This document shows positions 11,483 to 23,131 of a stretch of 24,577 bases of DNA, piece after piece. Every line of letters starts with the position of its first letter. Position 1 is the stretch's first letter. The stretch comes from Rotaria sp. (taxonomy: Eukaryota). The notes below the pieces were generated by a model. It was not told where the DNA came from. It searched no databases and worked only from the letters and a program-made list of their open reading frames with translations. Made by a program: the position numbers and the translations under genes. The stretch covers positions 29,569 through 54,145 of the forward strand of contig CAJNSZ010000091.1 of the NCBI GenBank assembly GCA_905329745.1. Direction: 5' to 3'.

Positions 11483-12298
11483 AATTCTTCAGAAACACAA
11501 TAAGGAATTAATTAGAAAATTGTAATCACCTGTAATACATATACGATCCGCTATCAAAATTTACAAGTTGTGTCATGCTCCTTAGTAGTCTCTGATTAGC
11601 GCCCATCACGATTTGTGTGTTTGATAGGTGGGAGCACGGGATCAAATTGGTACCCTATATGCTTTAACACTCCTTTTAGATCGTATTTCACTAAAAGATA
11701 TAACTACAATCCAATATATCACTGAAGTAGATTATTAACAAGCTGCTACCAAAATATATTTTTTGCCGATGCTTCACTACTGTATTAATATTTCAGCACA
11801 TCATTAGTGTGACTATGTATGTATGTGTGTACTGAGGATTTGTGTAGGATTTATGCCGAAATTTATAGTTACTTATTGAAAGGTCTAATAAAAATAGACT
11901 TCAGAAGTTATCGAAGCGTTGGGGCTAAGCCAAAGTTATATTAAAGCCTGAAATGAGTTAGTCGGAAGCAATGACGTACCCAGAATGCTTTGAGTAGTGA
12001 ACGATTTTTGGGCAGAATTACTCTGAAAAAATGAACAGATAGGAAACATTGTTACTATCTTTAAAAGATCCATCGAAAATGGCTTTTGCAGCATTGGATA
12101 ATTGCCATAACTTGAAGAGAACCGCGGAAAATAACTTTTCTAGCAGCGACTAATTGCCAGATAGTGTCTTTCAGGGATTCTTTGGTTGGTACAGCCTATC
12201 GAATCCATGTCTAAGAGTTTTTATTGATCGGGTCCAGATGAGAAATAATTTGTATCAATATAATAATATTTTCTGACTTCTTAATTTTTTTGTTTTAT

Positions 12299-12384
12299 GG
12301 GTGTGGGCGTGGGTGTGGGTGTGGGTGTGAGTGTGGGTGTAGGTGCGGATGTGGGTGGGTGTGGGGGTAAGGGTATGGGTGTGC
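12299..12384 (+). repeat. Telomere-like (GGGTGT)n array, G-rich on the + strand
   Basis: gggtgtgggcgtgggtgtgggtgtgggtgtgagtgtgggtgtaggtgcggatgtgggtgggtgtgggggtaagggtatgggtgtgc; hexamer is a permutation of TGTGGG. Confidence 0.85.
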
Positions 12385-12421
12385 TTGTACCTGTGAATGT
12401 CGGTTTGGCTGTTCCTTTTAA

Positions 12422-12567
12422 CCACACCCACCCACACCCACACCCACATCCACGTCCACACCCACACACCCACTCACACCCACACCCACCCACACCCACA
12501 CCCACTCACACCCACACCCACACCCACCCACACCCACACCCACCCACACCCACACCCACACCCCACA
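12422..12567 (-). repeat. Telomere-like (CCCACA)n array, C-rich on the + strand, inverted relative to the previous array
   Basis: ccacacccacccacacccacacccaca...cccacacccacaccccaca; mixture of CCCACA hexamers and CCCA-interrupted units. Confidence 0.85.
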
Positions 12568-14010
12568 TTTTTACATATACCAGTGGGTTCTATATAGTGC
12601 GTATTGTCTTCGTATCTTTGGCAGTTGTTGCTGAAAAGTCCACTACCATCTGTCTTGATCAGAAACTTCACAATATATTGAAAACACGAGTTCATCGAAT
12701 GACTACATAAGTCATGCCGATTTTAAGCTAAATGTCGACGAAGGTGCACGATGAATACTCCAATTATCTGAATCAGAGGAATCTTTTGACACGAAATTTG
12801 ATTCGTACTTGTTCAGGTTTCCTTTTTAATGAGGTGGAACCAGTGAAACAAATTGAATTTGTCCCTGTTTTCTTCATCTTGATATTCAATTCTACCGCGA
12901 AGGAAATCGAGTCAATGTATTGTTGTATAAATTCATTATTGAATAAAATATTTATACTTTGAGTTCGTTGGTAGAAATCACAGGATCAAGTCTAGTGCTG
13001 AAGCTCGTTCTTTTTGGATTAGATCAAGTTGTACATGCTGTCGATGTACGCAGTGATGACTAAAAATTGCTACATACTGTTTCTGATAGATAGGATAAAT
13101 GCTCTAGGTAACCAGACTCATATGCTCTATTTTTGAACAATTTAGAGAGCGAAGCAGATGTTTGAATTTGAATTGAATAAAAGTTAGGACATTCGCTTGA
13201 AGAACTTCAACAATCGAGAAAGACCCATGTTCCCTTCTTTCTTCAAGTTCCTAGACAGTCATCAGTAATGAAGATTGTGACTGTAGAAACTTTTAGGAAA
13301 GTTTTGAGCATAAAAATGAACATATTTTTAATGATTTTTTTACGTACTGCGCGATACAGCTCAATGAGCTGATTTTGAATATCAGCCTGATTTTGCACCA
13401 AAATGGTACCTTCTTTACAAAAGTAGGAATTCGAGAAAAAAAACCTCGATCTTGGAACACTCATAGCAGCAGTTGTACATACCAGTGCGATGTGGCTCTA
13501 TGGCCAACAATGGACCAGACGCGGGAGAATAGTCATCAAAAGTTTGAAATCCATCGGACATGAGTTGTGCTGAACGTTAAAAAAGTTGGATAGTTTGGTT
13601 TTCGGAAGCATTTCAAACATACAGGCGGACTTTTTTCGATAAACACCTGCTCTTATATAGGATGTGCTTAGGAATGTTTGTATATTCTCAAAACTAACGA
13701 ATACGGAGTAGAAACCTGGTTCTTTGGAAAACCACTAATACTGTTTCTGTTCACTGGTTCGATTCGGTGCTTGGGCTAACGATAGTTCACATATTGAATA
13801 ATTAGTTACAGTTTGAGATAAATCGAACTTAAATTGTGGTGAGCATTCACAAACTACGGTATGACCTATCTGTCCGGCAATTCTATTTCGACCTCTATCG
13901 AGATAGTTTGTCATTTTAAAATAACTTGATAACTTGACGATAGAAATAATTTTCGTGTAATTACCAATTTACGGAGACATTTTCTGCGATGTTCTTTCCC
14001 AGCATTTTAA

Positions 14011-14070
14011 TGGGTGTGGGTATTAGATAGGCATGAGTCAGTGACTGAAAACCGGACACACATGCACACC
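14011..14070. repeat. Short G-tract / C-tract inverted pair
   Basis: tgggtgtggg (14011..14020) and ggacacacatgcacacc (about 14054..14070). Confidence 0.4.
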
Positions 14071-15003
14071 TGCAAATGATCGAAATAATTCTCAAGATTG
14101 CACTATGACTAATGAGTTCCAACGTATATGCTGTGTGGCAGACGCGATTCATTCGTATACTAAGCCTTGCTTGTTCTATCGTGTAATTAACCACGTCTTG
14201 TGTACCAATGATTTTATTGTCAATCTGTACGCACGTCTAGGAAAGACGTGAATGACTACGAGAGCCTGCTATACTGTATCACTTTGTATCCATCATTGTT
14301 CAAAACTCAGCGATAGCAAGGTTGAACCGTTGTATATCGCCACACTCATAGCTACTAATGAATTTTTCTCATCGGCAAGCAGTTGGAATGTTGTCGAACA
14401 TTTCTTCGATACCTATCCGATGACTGACATGTCGTGAAGTTAAGATCACGAGGATAATGATTAATGCGTTAGATGAAAATGTGATAATCTTACTAAGAGT
14501 ACAAATTTCATTGTCACGCATGCCAACAATGACGTAGAACACTAAATGTAGCATATAGGAATGGTCACATCGTTGGAAGTAGCACTGATTAATGGTGAGT
14601 CGATATAAAGAGTGTCTTCCATGAGGCTTTGTGCTATTTTCGTCATCTGTTATCTGATGCTAACAAGAGCGATGCGAATTGTGACTATCTATACTATCAT
14701 GTAGCACGCATCTAGAAAAGTGTGATCAGGTTGTTATAACTAGTCTCGGTTAAGTGTACTCTAAAGTGGGAAAGTAAGTACCGGCCATATATATGCAAAA
14801 ACGGGCAATGATAATCGTTCGTGAAATATTGCTTATAGATCATACCGATATTGGTCACAAATTAAAACAAGGTGTCTTTGATGAGAGTATTTTATTGAAT
14901 AATTGAGTAGGATAGAAAATGATTGCAAGCAATGTCTTTAGTTTCAGGAATAGTTGAAAATATTAAATCAATTTCCTCTCAGCTTTGTCATCATGATAAT
15001 ATC

Positions 15004-18003
15004 TTAAAGACTATGAACATATTTTTGACCCAATTTGGACAGTTGTCCATTTGGTGCAATCAAACAGTTCGTAGAACCAAGTGCAGAATCCAAATGACGC
15101 TGTGCGCCGAACCACGCATAGCGTTCAACCCAGCTTAATGCATCTAGTTTGGCAATACTTTGTCTCATAAATTCGTTGACTTCTTGTTGCGTGACCGGCT
15201 GCCATGAGTTCCAAGATGTGCAGGCGAATTCTGTGACCCAAACAGGATATTTATTGCCGAAATGCTCACGAACTTTCGTAATCCAGTTGATAAAGTTATC
15301 CACGCCTCGACCATACCAGTGTAAAGCAAGAAAGTCAATTCGCCCACCGATTTTATCCAGTTCGTTCATAAATTGTCGCATCCACTTTAACCCTTGATCA
15401 GTCGAAGCAATAGCCGGTGAACCTAGTCGAGCACCCTGAGCTCTAAGAGGTTCAATGTATTGTTTCCAGGCATGTGCTGCATCCACTGGATTCATATTTG
15501 CTTGGTCACCACGCTCCGGTTCGTTGAAACCGAGTACGAAACGGGCACCTTTCGCCTGGTTGAAGAATTTATTTCCATCATGACCTTTGTTTGTACTCCA
15601 CAACATTGGAACAAATTCTATACCAGCGACATTGGACTTATAAGGTGACCAATTGTAAATCCAGGAGATTTTTCCACCAGAAAAAACACTGGGTGAGTCT
15701 TGTTTGTTTTCCATCGGCCAGGCAATACCTCGCTTGTTTGACCTATTATAAAAGAAACAAGGATAATTGCTTGAGACGTCTTATCGACGAAATTCGAAAG
15801 AAAAGATCAACATATGATATACATATCATGAAATTTCTTCACAACAATGTCTGCCAAACAGTATGTTTATAAATTAACTAATTCGACTTGATCAAACAAA
15901 ATCTGGCTGATGAAAACAACTCTGAATCGTTGCATCACACTGCAATCAAAACATTGAACTCGTTGAACAAGGATGAATATAAAAACTTTTGATAAATGAA
16001 CTGAACGGATGAAATTTCGTATTAATAATCAAAGTCACTACTTCAAACAGTTAATAAAATATACAGATGGTCAACCTGTTTTCCGGATCTCTCTTTTTCG
16101 AAACTTCCATACTTTTGTGTAACCAAAAGTATCAGAGAAAAGTACTCCAAAAATATTTAATAGTATGTCTGAAGTAGAACAATGCAATATGTTATATGAA
16201 AGCTCATTCGAATCTGTACCCGAAAAGAATTATGACGCATATAGCATGAAATCGAGGATATTAAATACTTCTAGTTCATAATTGTTGCGACGAAGCTGGT
16301 CAAATTGAATATGAAAATAGTGTTTTACTTTGTTTTCATTCAGTAATTTCAAAAATGTATAAACTTCTAAAAACCTATCAGCTTTATTAAAAGTTTTACT
16401 AAAAGTCAATTGATTTCGTTTTATTTCCGTCGAAAACGAATGTCAGATTTATTGTCAGTATCAATGTATCAGTTAGATGACTTTTTCTAAGAGAATTTTA
16501 GATCAAAATAAATCTTTATTTGGTTAATTGTTTCCATTATTTTATTCGTAATGTTCTCTCAGAAGGAAAATTTTTGAAAAAAATTGACGTTCGACTCAAC
16601 TTTTAAAATCAATCTCGAATATGGGATCGCTTTTTAACACAAATAAAATTATGATGTTTGAAATCACGAAATTCGATCTGTTATACTTGGATTCTTGTAG
16701 ACTAATCGAAAAAATCTAGTTTTTCAACAAGATGACAACGATTCTACAAAACCAACACCATTATAGTTTCCTTTCATTTAGATATATTAATTGAAACCAG
16801 TTTTCGACTACTATTCTAAATTCTGTTAAATACGTTTCTATTCTTACAAGTAAATCTTTTTTTAGAATATGCACATAAAAAAATACTTCTAAAAATTTAA
16901 AGAGTATTTTTCCTACTGATGTCTACGAAATATATCAATCTAGATGAGAGTCAGAAGAATATTTATCGTTTACAAGACGTTTACTTTATTGTGTCAACTA
17001 TTGTCTAATGTTCGAGCTTCTACATGGAATAAGATCTCGATGAACTTGGTTTATTCTTCAGTCTAAAGTCAGCTGCTTCTGTGTGCTCAATTATCCCTTC
17101 ATATAATTTGTTTCTTGAGGATTTTTCAAGAACTATGCGTCTATTCATGAAATGGAATTAGAAAGACTTTTTGGGTGACCGATTGTCTCATAGGTGAAGT
17201 GATATTCGACTCGACTCATACTCAAAGTTTTTAATACTTTCATTAAACATTGAAAAATCTCGCAATGAAATAGGATTATTTATAAAGATTGTTCGGAGAG
17301 CGTCGCATATGTACAGATTTTATATCAATGCAGATAGTTATTGATTCACACTGTACCAGACGAAAAGGAAGTGTGTCCATCAGATCATTTTTCTTCATAA
17401 TGGTTTCGATCAGAAATGACCAATTGCTTTATTAAAAGTCTTTTCTACTACTTAGCTTTAGCTTATTCTAATGAAATGATTTTATCTTCTCTAAGATCTC
17501 TTCATTTCACTATGTTAGAAGTCGTATTACTGAAACAAGTTCAGTTTTTATGGCAAAAGTTGAAATCAAAGAAGGGATCGGCTCAATTCTAGAAAAACAC
17601 GAACCTATCCCATCTCTGGTCGAATCCCCTGATGAATTGAGAAAAGAATGGCATTTTACCTGACGTTGGGCTCTTTGTTAGGTTTGACATGATTTACACC
17701 ACAGACCATACTGTGATCATTGGTTGCGAAGGCGTTATCTTTGGAAACTGGACCCTTTTTCATCCAACATGTACCACCATCCCATCGGCTCCAAGTAAAA
17801 TGAGTACAACCCCGTGTTTCAGCACATTTTCCACCACAAAGTTCTGGTGCAATTCGAACGCTCCAAAGATCGTTTCCATAAAAATCACAAGCCATGGCCC
17901 AATTATTTCCGTTCCAATGAATTGCACGGTTTGCGAAAACAGCAACCAAACAGTTGAAGGCCAAATAAATAATCAGATTCCAAGAAAACAAGATATGGAA
18001 CAT
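15004..18003 (-). CDS. Secreted PAN/Apple-like domain + glycoside hydrolase family 128 (Asl1-like, glucanase-type) protein, 2 exons
   Basis: complement(join(15004..15742,17660..18003)). Donor CAG|GTAAAA at 17660/17659 and acceptor TTATAATAG|G at 15743/15742, with phase 2 to phase 1 match (NV-R-SNKRGIAWPMENK). Exon 1: signal peptide MFHILFSWNLIIYLAFNCLVAVFA then NWAMACDFYGNDLWSVRIAPELCGGKCAETRGCTHFTWSRWDGGTCWMKKG...CGV. Exon 2: KRGIAWP, FVLGFNEPE, LALHWYG, VWVTEFAC, YAWFG motifs typical of GH128. Confidence 0.85.
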
Positions 18004-19545
18004 TTTGGAATTCTAGTTGTTGTTCAGTCAATATTTTGACACACTATTAGAAACGACAACTGTCCTTGAGTATCAGCCGTAAATCATATGTAGTCCATAT
18101 TTGTTTTTATTTTAGTCTAGTCATCGCTTAATCTCACCAAACAACTTTTGAACGTTTATTCATGAAAGAGTCTATAGAGCTTATGTCTCAAAAAATAGCA
18201 ATAAAACTCTACTCCTTTGATTTAAAGGTTACGCGAGTTCAGATGAAAAATACACTTCGTTCTGAAATGGCGCCAAATGTTCAAAAAAAGGAAAAAGAAA
18301 CTGTGGTTCAACTAAAAAAGCAACAAAGAATGACTCAAAGGCAGTGAAATGAAAACTGAATGACAATAGAATTTCTTCAGAAAGCTCTCAGTACTCTAGG
18401 TCATTATCATTTTCTATGCATTAAGTCTTTTTAGTGAATGCCCTGTTTTGGTCAGCGGCATTTGACCAGTTGAAATAACTTTGGAGACATATGCTATTTT
18501 TTGAAAAAGCTCATCTTTGTAAATTAGTTCTAAAGAAATTTGTATACTTCATGAAATATATGATATCAACTTGACCATTGTAAATTTTTCACAATCATCT
18601 AATTGTCAAGGTCGTCTATCCAAAGCAGCAGTCAAACTTATAGGTATCTGCTTTTTTTTAATAACGAAGAGCGTCGAAATACTCAAAGGAAGCATTGAAT
18701 CAAGTAACCGATGTAGCTATCAATTCAGAATAGATAAAAACACACTTATGAGAATCCTGCTTTTGTCGGCTTTTTGACGCATAACAGAATGCACTCGATT
18801 CAACTGTTTTGCAGCAAACAGTCAACACCGACATGCTTTTATGTTTGTCTAATCAAAATGGTAATTGTTAGATATGAATTATTTTCCCCAAGAAAGTGTG
18901 AAAAATGACCGCTGGAAGACTATAAATCAATAATCTTAGTTTTGAAAGCATTCTTTCACGATTGTCAATCGTAATAAAAAATTCTTCATATTCAGAAGAC
19001 ACAAAGTAGAAACAAACAAACACTACTAACCATAGTTATTTCAAAATATTATGTTACATTTGACAATAGTCTGGAATAAGTATGTCAAGAAGTTTTGTTT
19101 TATGAATATCTTCTCTCTAGGTATCAGGTTAATATTATAAGTTGTATTTTGACACTAATTGAAAAGAAACAGTGCAATATTTTCTGTACCTTAGTTCGTA
19201 TAAGATTGTATTGATGATCAGATGTGTATTCCTATGTTGCTAGATGATGTTATCGACGACGATAGATCGATGAATAAAGACACTAGGATCTGTATGAATA
19301 TTTATACAGAAAATGTTGCACAAATGGGTATTCTCCCGAACAAAAAGAGCGATATTAATCATCAGAGAAGAGAGTTCCCCACCATTAGCATAGTATGACG
19401 ACAGAAAAAGAACGAGAAGTAGTAGTATTGATATCCATGTGTTGTTTTGTGTATCGTAGGCGGAGAAATACACGGTAACCCATTAATGGGAAAAGTTTCT
19501 TCTGTATTTATACAGCGACCGAGAAACAATTTTCGATGAAAAAGC

Positions 19546-19620
19546 TGAGTGTGAGTGTGAGTGTGAACATGGTTGTGATATTCTCTTCACTAACGTTCAT
19601 ACCCACATTCACACATCCAT
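19546..19620. repeat. GTGTGA tract / CA-rich tract inverted pair
   Basis: gagtgtgagtgtgagtgtgaacatggttgtg then ttcatacccacattcacacatcc. Confidence 0.5.
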
Positions 19621-19754
19621 CCTGTAAATTTTAATTGCAAACCGAGCCATTGTTCAGCATTCAGTTGAAGAAGAAAAAAAAAGAAAAGTACATATAAAAT
19701 ATAATTAAATTGATTTCATGCATAACAAATATTACTTTCAAAGTTGAGACAAAT

Positions 19755-19829
19755 GGATGTGGGTGGGGCTGAGGATTTGAATGATGGTATGGATGTGATG
19801 TAGAGTATGTCTAAACTCACACCCATAAC
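19755..19829. repeat. G-tract / C-tract inverted pair, weaker
   Basis: ggatgtgggtggggctgagg...ggtatggatgtgatg then ctcacacccataac. Confidence 0.4.
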
Positions 19830-20115
19830 CGTAACGCGAAAATTTTTACTAGTCAATAGTAACTTCGATGGATAGATCATGATTCTTTGACCATCACAAT
19901 ATTTTACATTTTTCGTTTTATTGTGTTTTCTGAAGAAATAACTTTTGTGCACTATCTAATATATTAAATCATATATTTCTCAATATTTCTTTTGTGGTCG
20001 ACCGTTTGTGACATTTGTCGTAATAAAAACGAATTACAGTATCCATCTTTTCATTCATGCTTCTCATACACCACTCTGTATGTTAAACAGTTAATGGTCA
20101 GTGACATCTACATAC

Positions 20116-20190
20116 TGTACTGCGTGATCGTTAAATTCACGATCGCAAGAAAAAATTCGTAATCATGATTGTGATCACGATTGTAATATA
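20116..20190. repeat. First copy of a TGTACTGCGTGATC short repeat (degenerate right end)
   Basis: tgtactgcgtgatcgttaaattcacgatcgc...catgattgtgatcacgattgtaa, similar to 20321..20396. Confidence 0.45.
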
Positions 20191-20320
20191 TATGTTCTCA
20201 AATCTCAATAATTTCTTCAGAAATTTAATGTTCATATTGAAATCAGAAAAACATCTGACAGCTCATATGCTACTCCTAAGAAAAACCAAATAAAGAAAGC
20301 ACAAGAGCTGATCTAATACT

Positions 20321-20396
20321 TGTATACTGCGTGATCATCAAATTCACGCTCACAATACGCGTGATTGTGATCAAAACTACCAATCACGCAGTACAC
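20321..20396. mobile_element. ~76-bp MITE-like element with terminal inverted repeats
   Basis: left tgtatactgcgtgat (20321..20335), right atcacgcagtacac (20383..20396); one internal mismatch in the paired ends. Confidence 0.45.
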
Positions 20397-22484
20397 TATT
20401 CTAAACACTTCTTTATACCTATCTTATATTAACAGATGGCACACAGTGAAAGAAACAAAACAGGAATCAGTACTACGTAGTTATTTTATTTTTATTTTTT
20501 GTCTAGTTCTGAACATGAGTTTATTATTTCATGATATAGGTTGTCATTTTGTCTTAAGACATATGTAACTAAAAATTGTGATAACTACGATAATTTTTTT
20601 AGCCTTGTTCTTCTCTCATAACACATAGTCTTAAACGTATTTTTTCTGATTTTCATTTTTAAAATAATTGATTGAAAAATAGTTCTTCAAATAGAGAATA
20701 AGCTTGATAAATTTGTACATGTATTTATGAATTGATACTGGAAAGTTCGTTTAGAGTTGAGGATCGTTAAACAATACTCATGCAGCTACTGTAAATTTCA
20801 ACTTCTGAACTTCAGAATACGAAACCAATGCCAACTGAAGTTTTACTAATTAAAAGACAGCGATAAATCAAAAAGAAGAAAAAAAAAATTGACGGAATTT
20901 CATAAAATCGATTCAATTGCACAAGACATCTTTCGAGAGTGCTCTCGCATTATCAGCTAACTTGGGTGAAATAGAGCTCTGGAAGACCTAACATCCATTA
21001 AAATTTGTTTCCTCTTCACGAAAGTGAAAATAAATTATAAAGAACAAAAAAAAATTTATCCTTTCTCTTAATATTCAGAGTTGTCATCTTTGTTCCTCTT
21101 AAATTTATTTAAATTTTAATTGAATCTAAAGAAAAACGAGATTTACAGAAATAAATTCTTCTATATCATATCTAATTACATTACAGTTTTAATACATATG
21201 AAGGAGTTAAATGGTTTATACCAAATGAATACTTTAAACGTTCAATAATTATAATTTGATCTCGATAAATTATGAGAAGATTTAATAAATGCAGTTTTCA
21301 ATTATCATTGTTATTCTCTATACAACTCGATTAAAAAAAAGAAAATGAAATAGATGGATATGATTATCATTTTATAAAATGAGAACAATTTGAAAAAGAT
21401 ATTTAAAATAATTTATATACAAGAAATCTTTATACAATATCAAAATTATCTATTGAAACATGTTTTTGAAACATTAAATAAAAATTTTTGTTGTTTATTT
21501 TATTACCTGAATAACTTAATCAATTAAAATATCCAAACAGATGTCCCTATGCTACTTTTATAAAAGCTTTAACAATTATTCAAAATATAAATGATTAACA
21601 ATTACTTGAAATTAGTAAAAAAAACAAACGATGAAAATATTCAAGAAAATTATTCTAATTTGTTTGATAAGAGTCTTTCTTTATATGACTCATTTAAATA
21701 TATTTTATGTAAATCAAAATTTGAAATAAAACTTAATTAAATAAATTAGTTTCATTATAGATTAATAAGTTTTTTTCTTTAGTTTTGACTGTCTTTGATA
21801 TCACTCAATACTTGAAAGACATTGTTCTTCACCATGTCCTATCTTAGCTGATATATTTGCATCGCTTTCCTTCAACAATTATTGACATTAAAGAAATAAT
21901 ATTATTTTTATTATTGTTTCTTCATTAATATAAGAATGAACACCAAAAGCAGCTGCTCGTGTTACAGTCAATAATCCAAGTAAAAATAATCTAGCCCAAA
22001 TTTTAATCAATTACTTCTTGAAAAATATTCATTGAAACCAAAGTTTTAGATTAATAGAGAGCATTATTTGACTACGAGCTGACCTCACATACGCATTGCA
22101 GGGTTACTTTTTAAGATTATCCTTTAAATGTCATACGCTTGGATATGTGTTCTCTCCTATCCAAAATGTAATGCTCTTGCCGGGGTGTGGGTGTGCGAGG
22201 AGAAGAGTTCTAGTGAAAGATTGGAGCGATTAAAATCGATTATAATTTCAAAATTCTATGAGTAAAATCGAAAGTAATAACCTGATTTTTGTGCAGCACA
22301 ATCAAAATTATAATCAATATCAATCGATTAAAAGTTTTTTACTCTATTATAATTTGAATTTTGTTTCACAAGAGGCATGCTGAATATTTTCATACAGTTC
22401 ACTTTATGCCAATTTCGATCGATTCTTTAAACTTTTGTACTCGTTTTGTAAACTATAAGATGAAGTAAAATTAAATAGAGACCC

Positions 22485-22551
22485 TTCCCATGTAAAAAAC
22501 GACGCAAAAATTGATTAAATCCAAAAATTGTCCGTATGTTTTACACGGGAA
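22485..22551. repeat. Short inverted-repeat element, 13-bp arms
   Basis: ttcccatgtaaaa (22485..) / ttttacacgggaa (22539..22551), 12 of 13 bp complementary. Confidence 0.35.
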
Positions 22552-23131
22552 TAATCTGTTCTAATTCTATGCTACCGGTAATCGGTTTCAATCTCTTATT
22601 ACGTTTTAATCACACCTACCGAAGATTAGTACTGTTTTCGAGCCTCGAACACGATGCTCCAAACTTTCATGCTTTTTTTGGATTGCTCAAGTTTAGAACC
22701 CCTGAAATTGTCACCAAGCTGAACTCTGACAACTAAAGTAAAATTGTAACTGCCACAAAAAGTGTTTCAAATTGAGATATTGCAACTACATCAGAAGTGA
22801 ATTATAATCGATTAATCTTGTAAAATATAATTTAATGTGGTAATATAACGAAAATACCAGTAGAACTAATTATTCGCTATTCGAATCATTTATAGTCCAT
22901 CTTTATCGTTCTGAAGACTAGCTCTCAATAATATATAGTATAAATAAACAAACGAAGAGAAACAGCCAGTCCACACTTGCTTGCGCTATAAGATATATCG
23001 AAAAGTGATATGATCATTTGACTTATCATGTAAGCACAAGCTATTCTCTCTTAGAGGCTGTCAGATTGTTCTCGAAACCGCACTCAGATGGCTACGGTCC
23101 GAAAATTTCATGTTGACCGAATTTGGATTTC

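Noticed and set aside
12255-12710. Overlapping ORFs on both strands (72, 74, 137, 66, 73 aa) rich in GVGVGV / THTHTHP
   Set aside because: They are translations of the (GGGTGT)n/(CCCACA)n arrays in several frames; low-complexity artefacts rather than genes.
13243-14554. ORFs at 13243..13464, 13375..13563, 13961..14194, 14252..14437, 14369..14554
   Set aside because: Short, mutually overlapping in some cases, no recognisable motifs or consistent splice partners. Could be decayed gene remnants but cannot be supported.
15149-15872. Plus-strand ORFs (e.g. 15149..15397, 15460..15648, 15591..15872) and minus-strand ORF 15165..15347
   Set aside because: They overlap the well-supported GH128 exon in other frames and show no recognisable domain.
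17689-18039. 116-aa plus-strand ORF antisense to the PAN-like exon
   Set aside because: Explained as antisense of a strongly supported Cys-rich coding exon.
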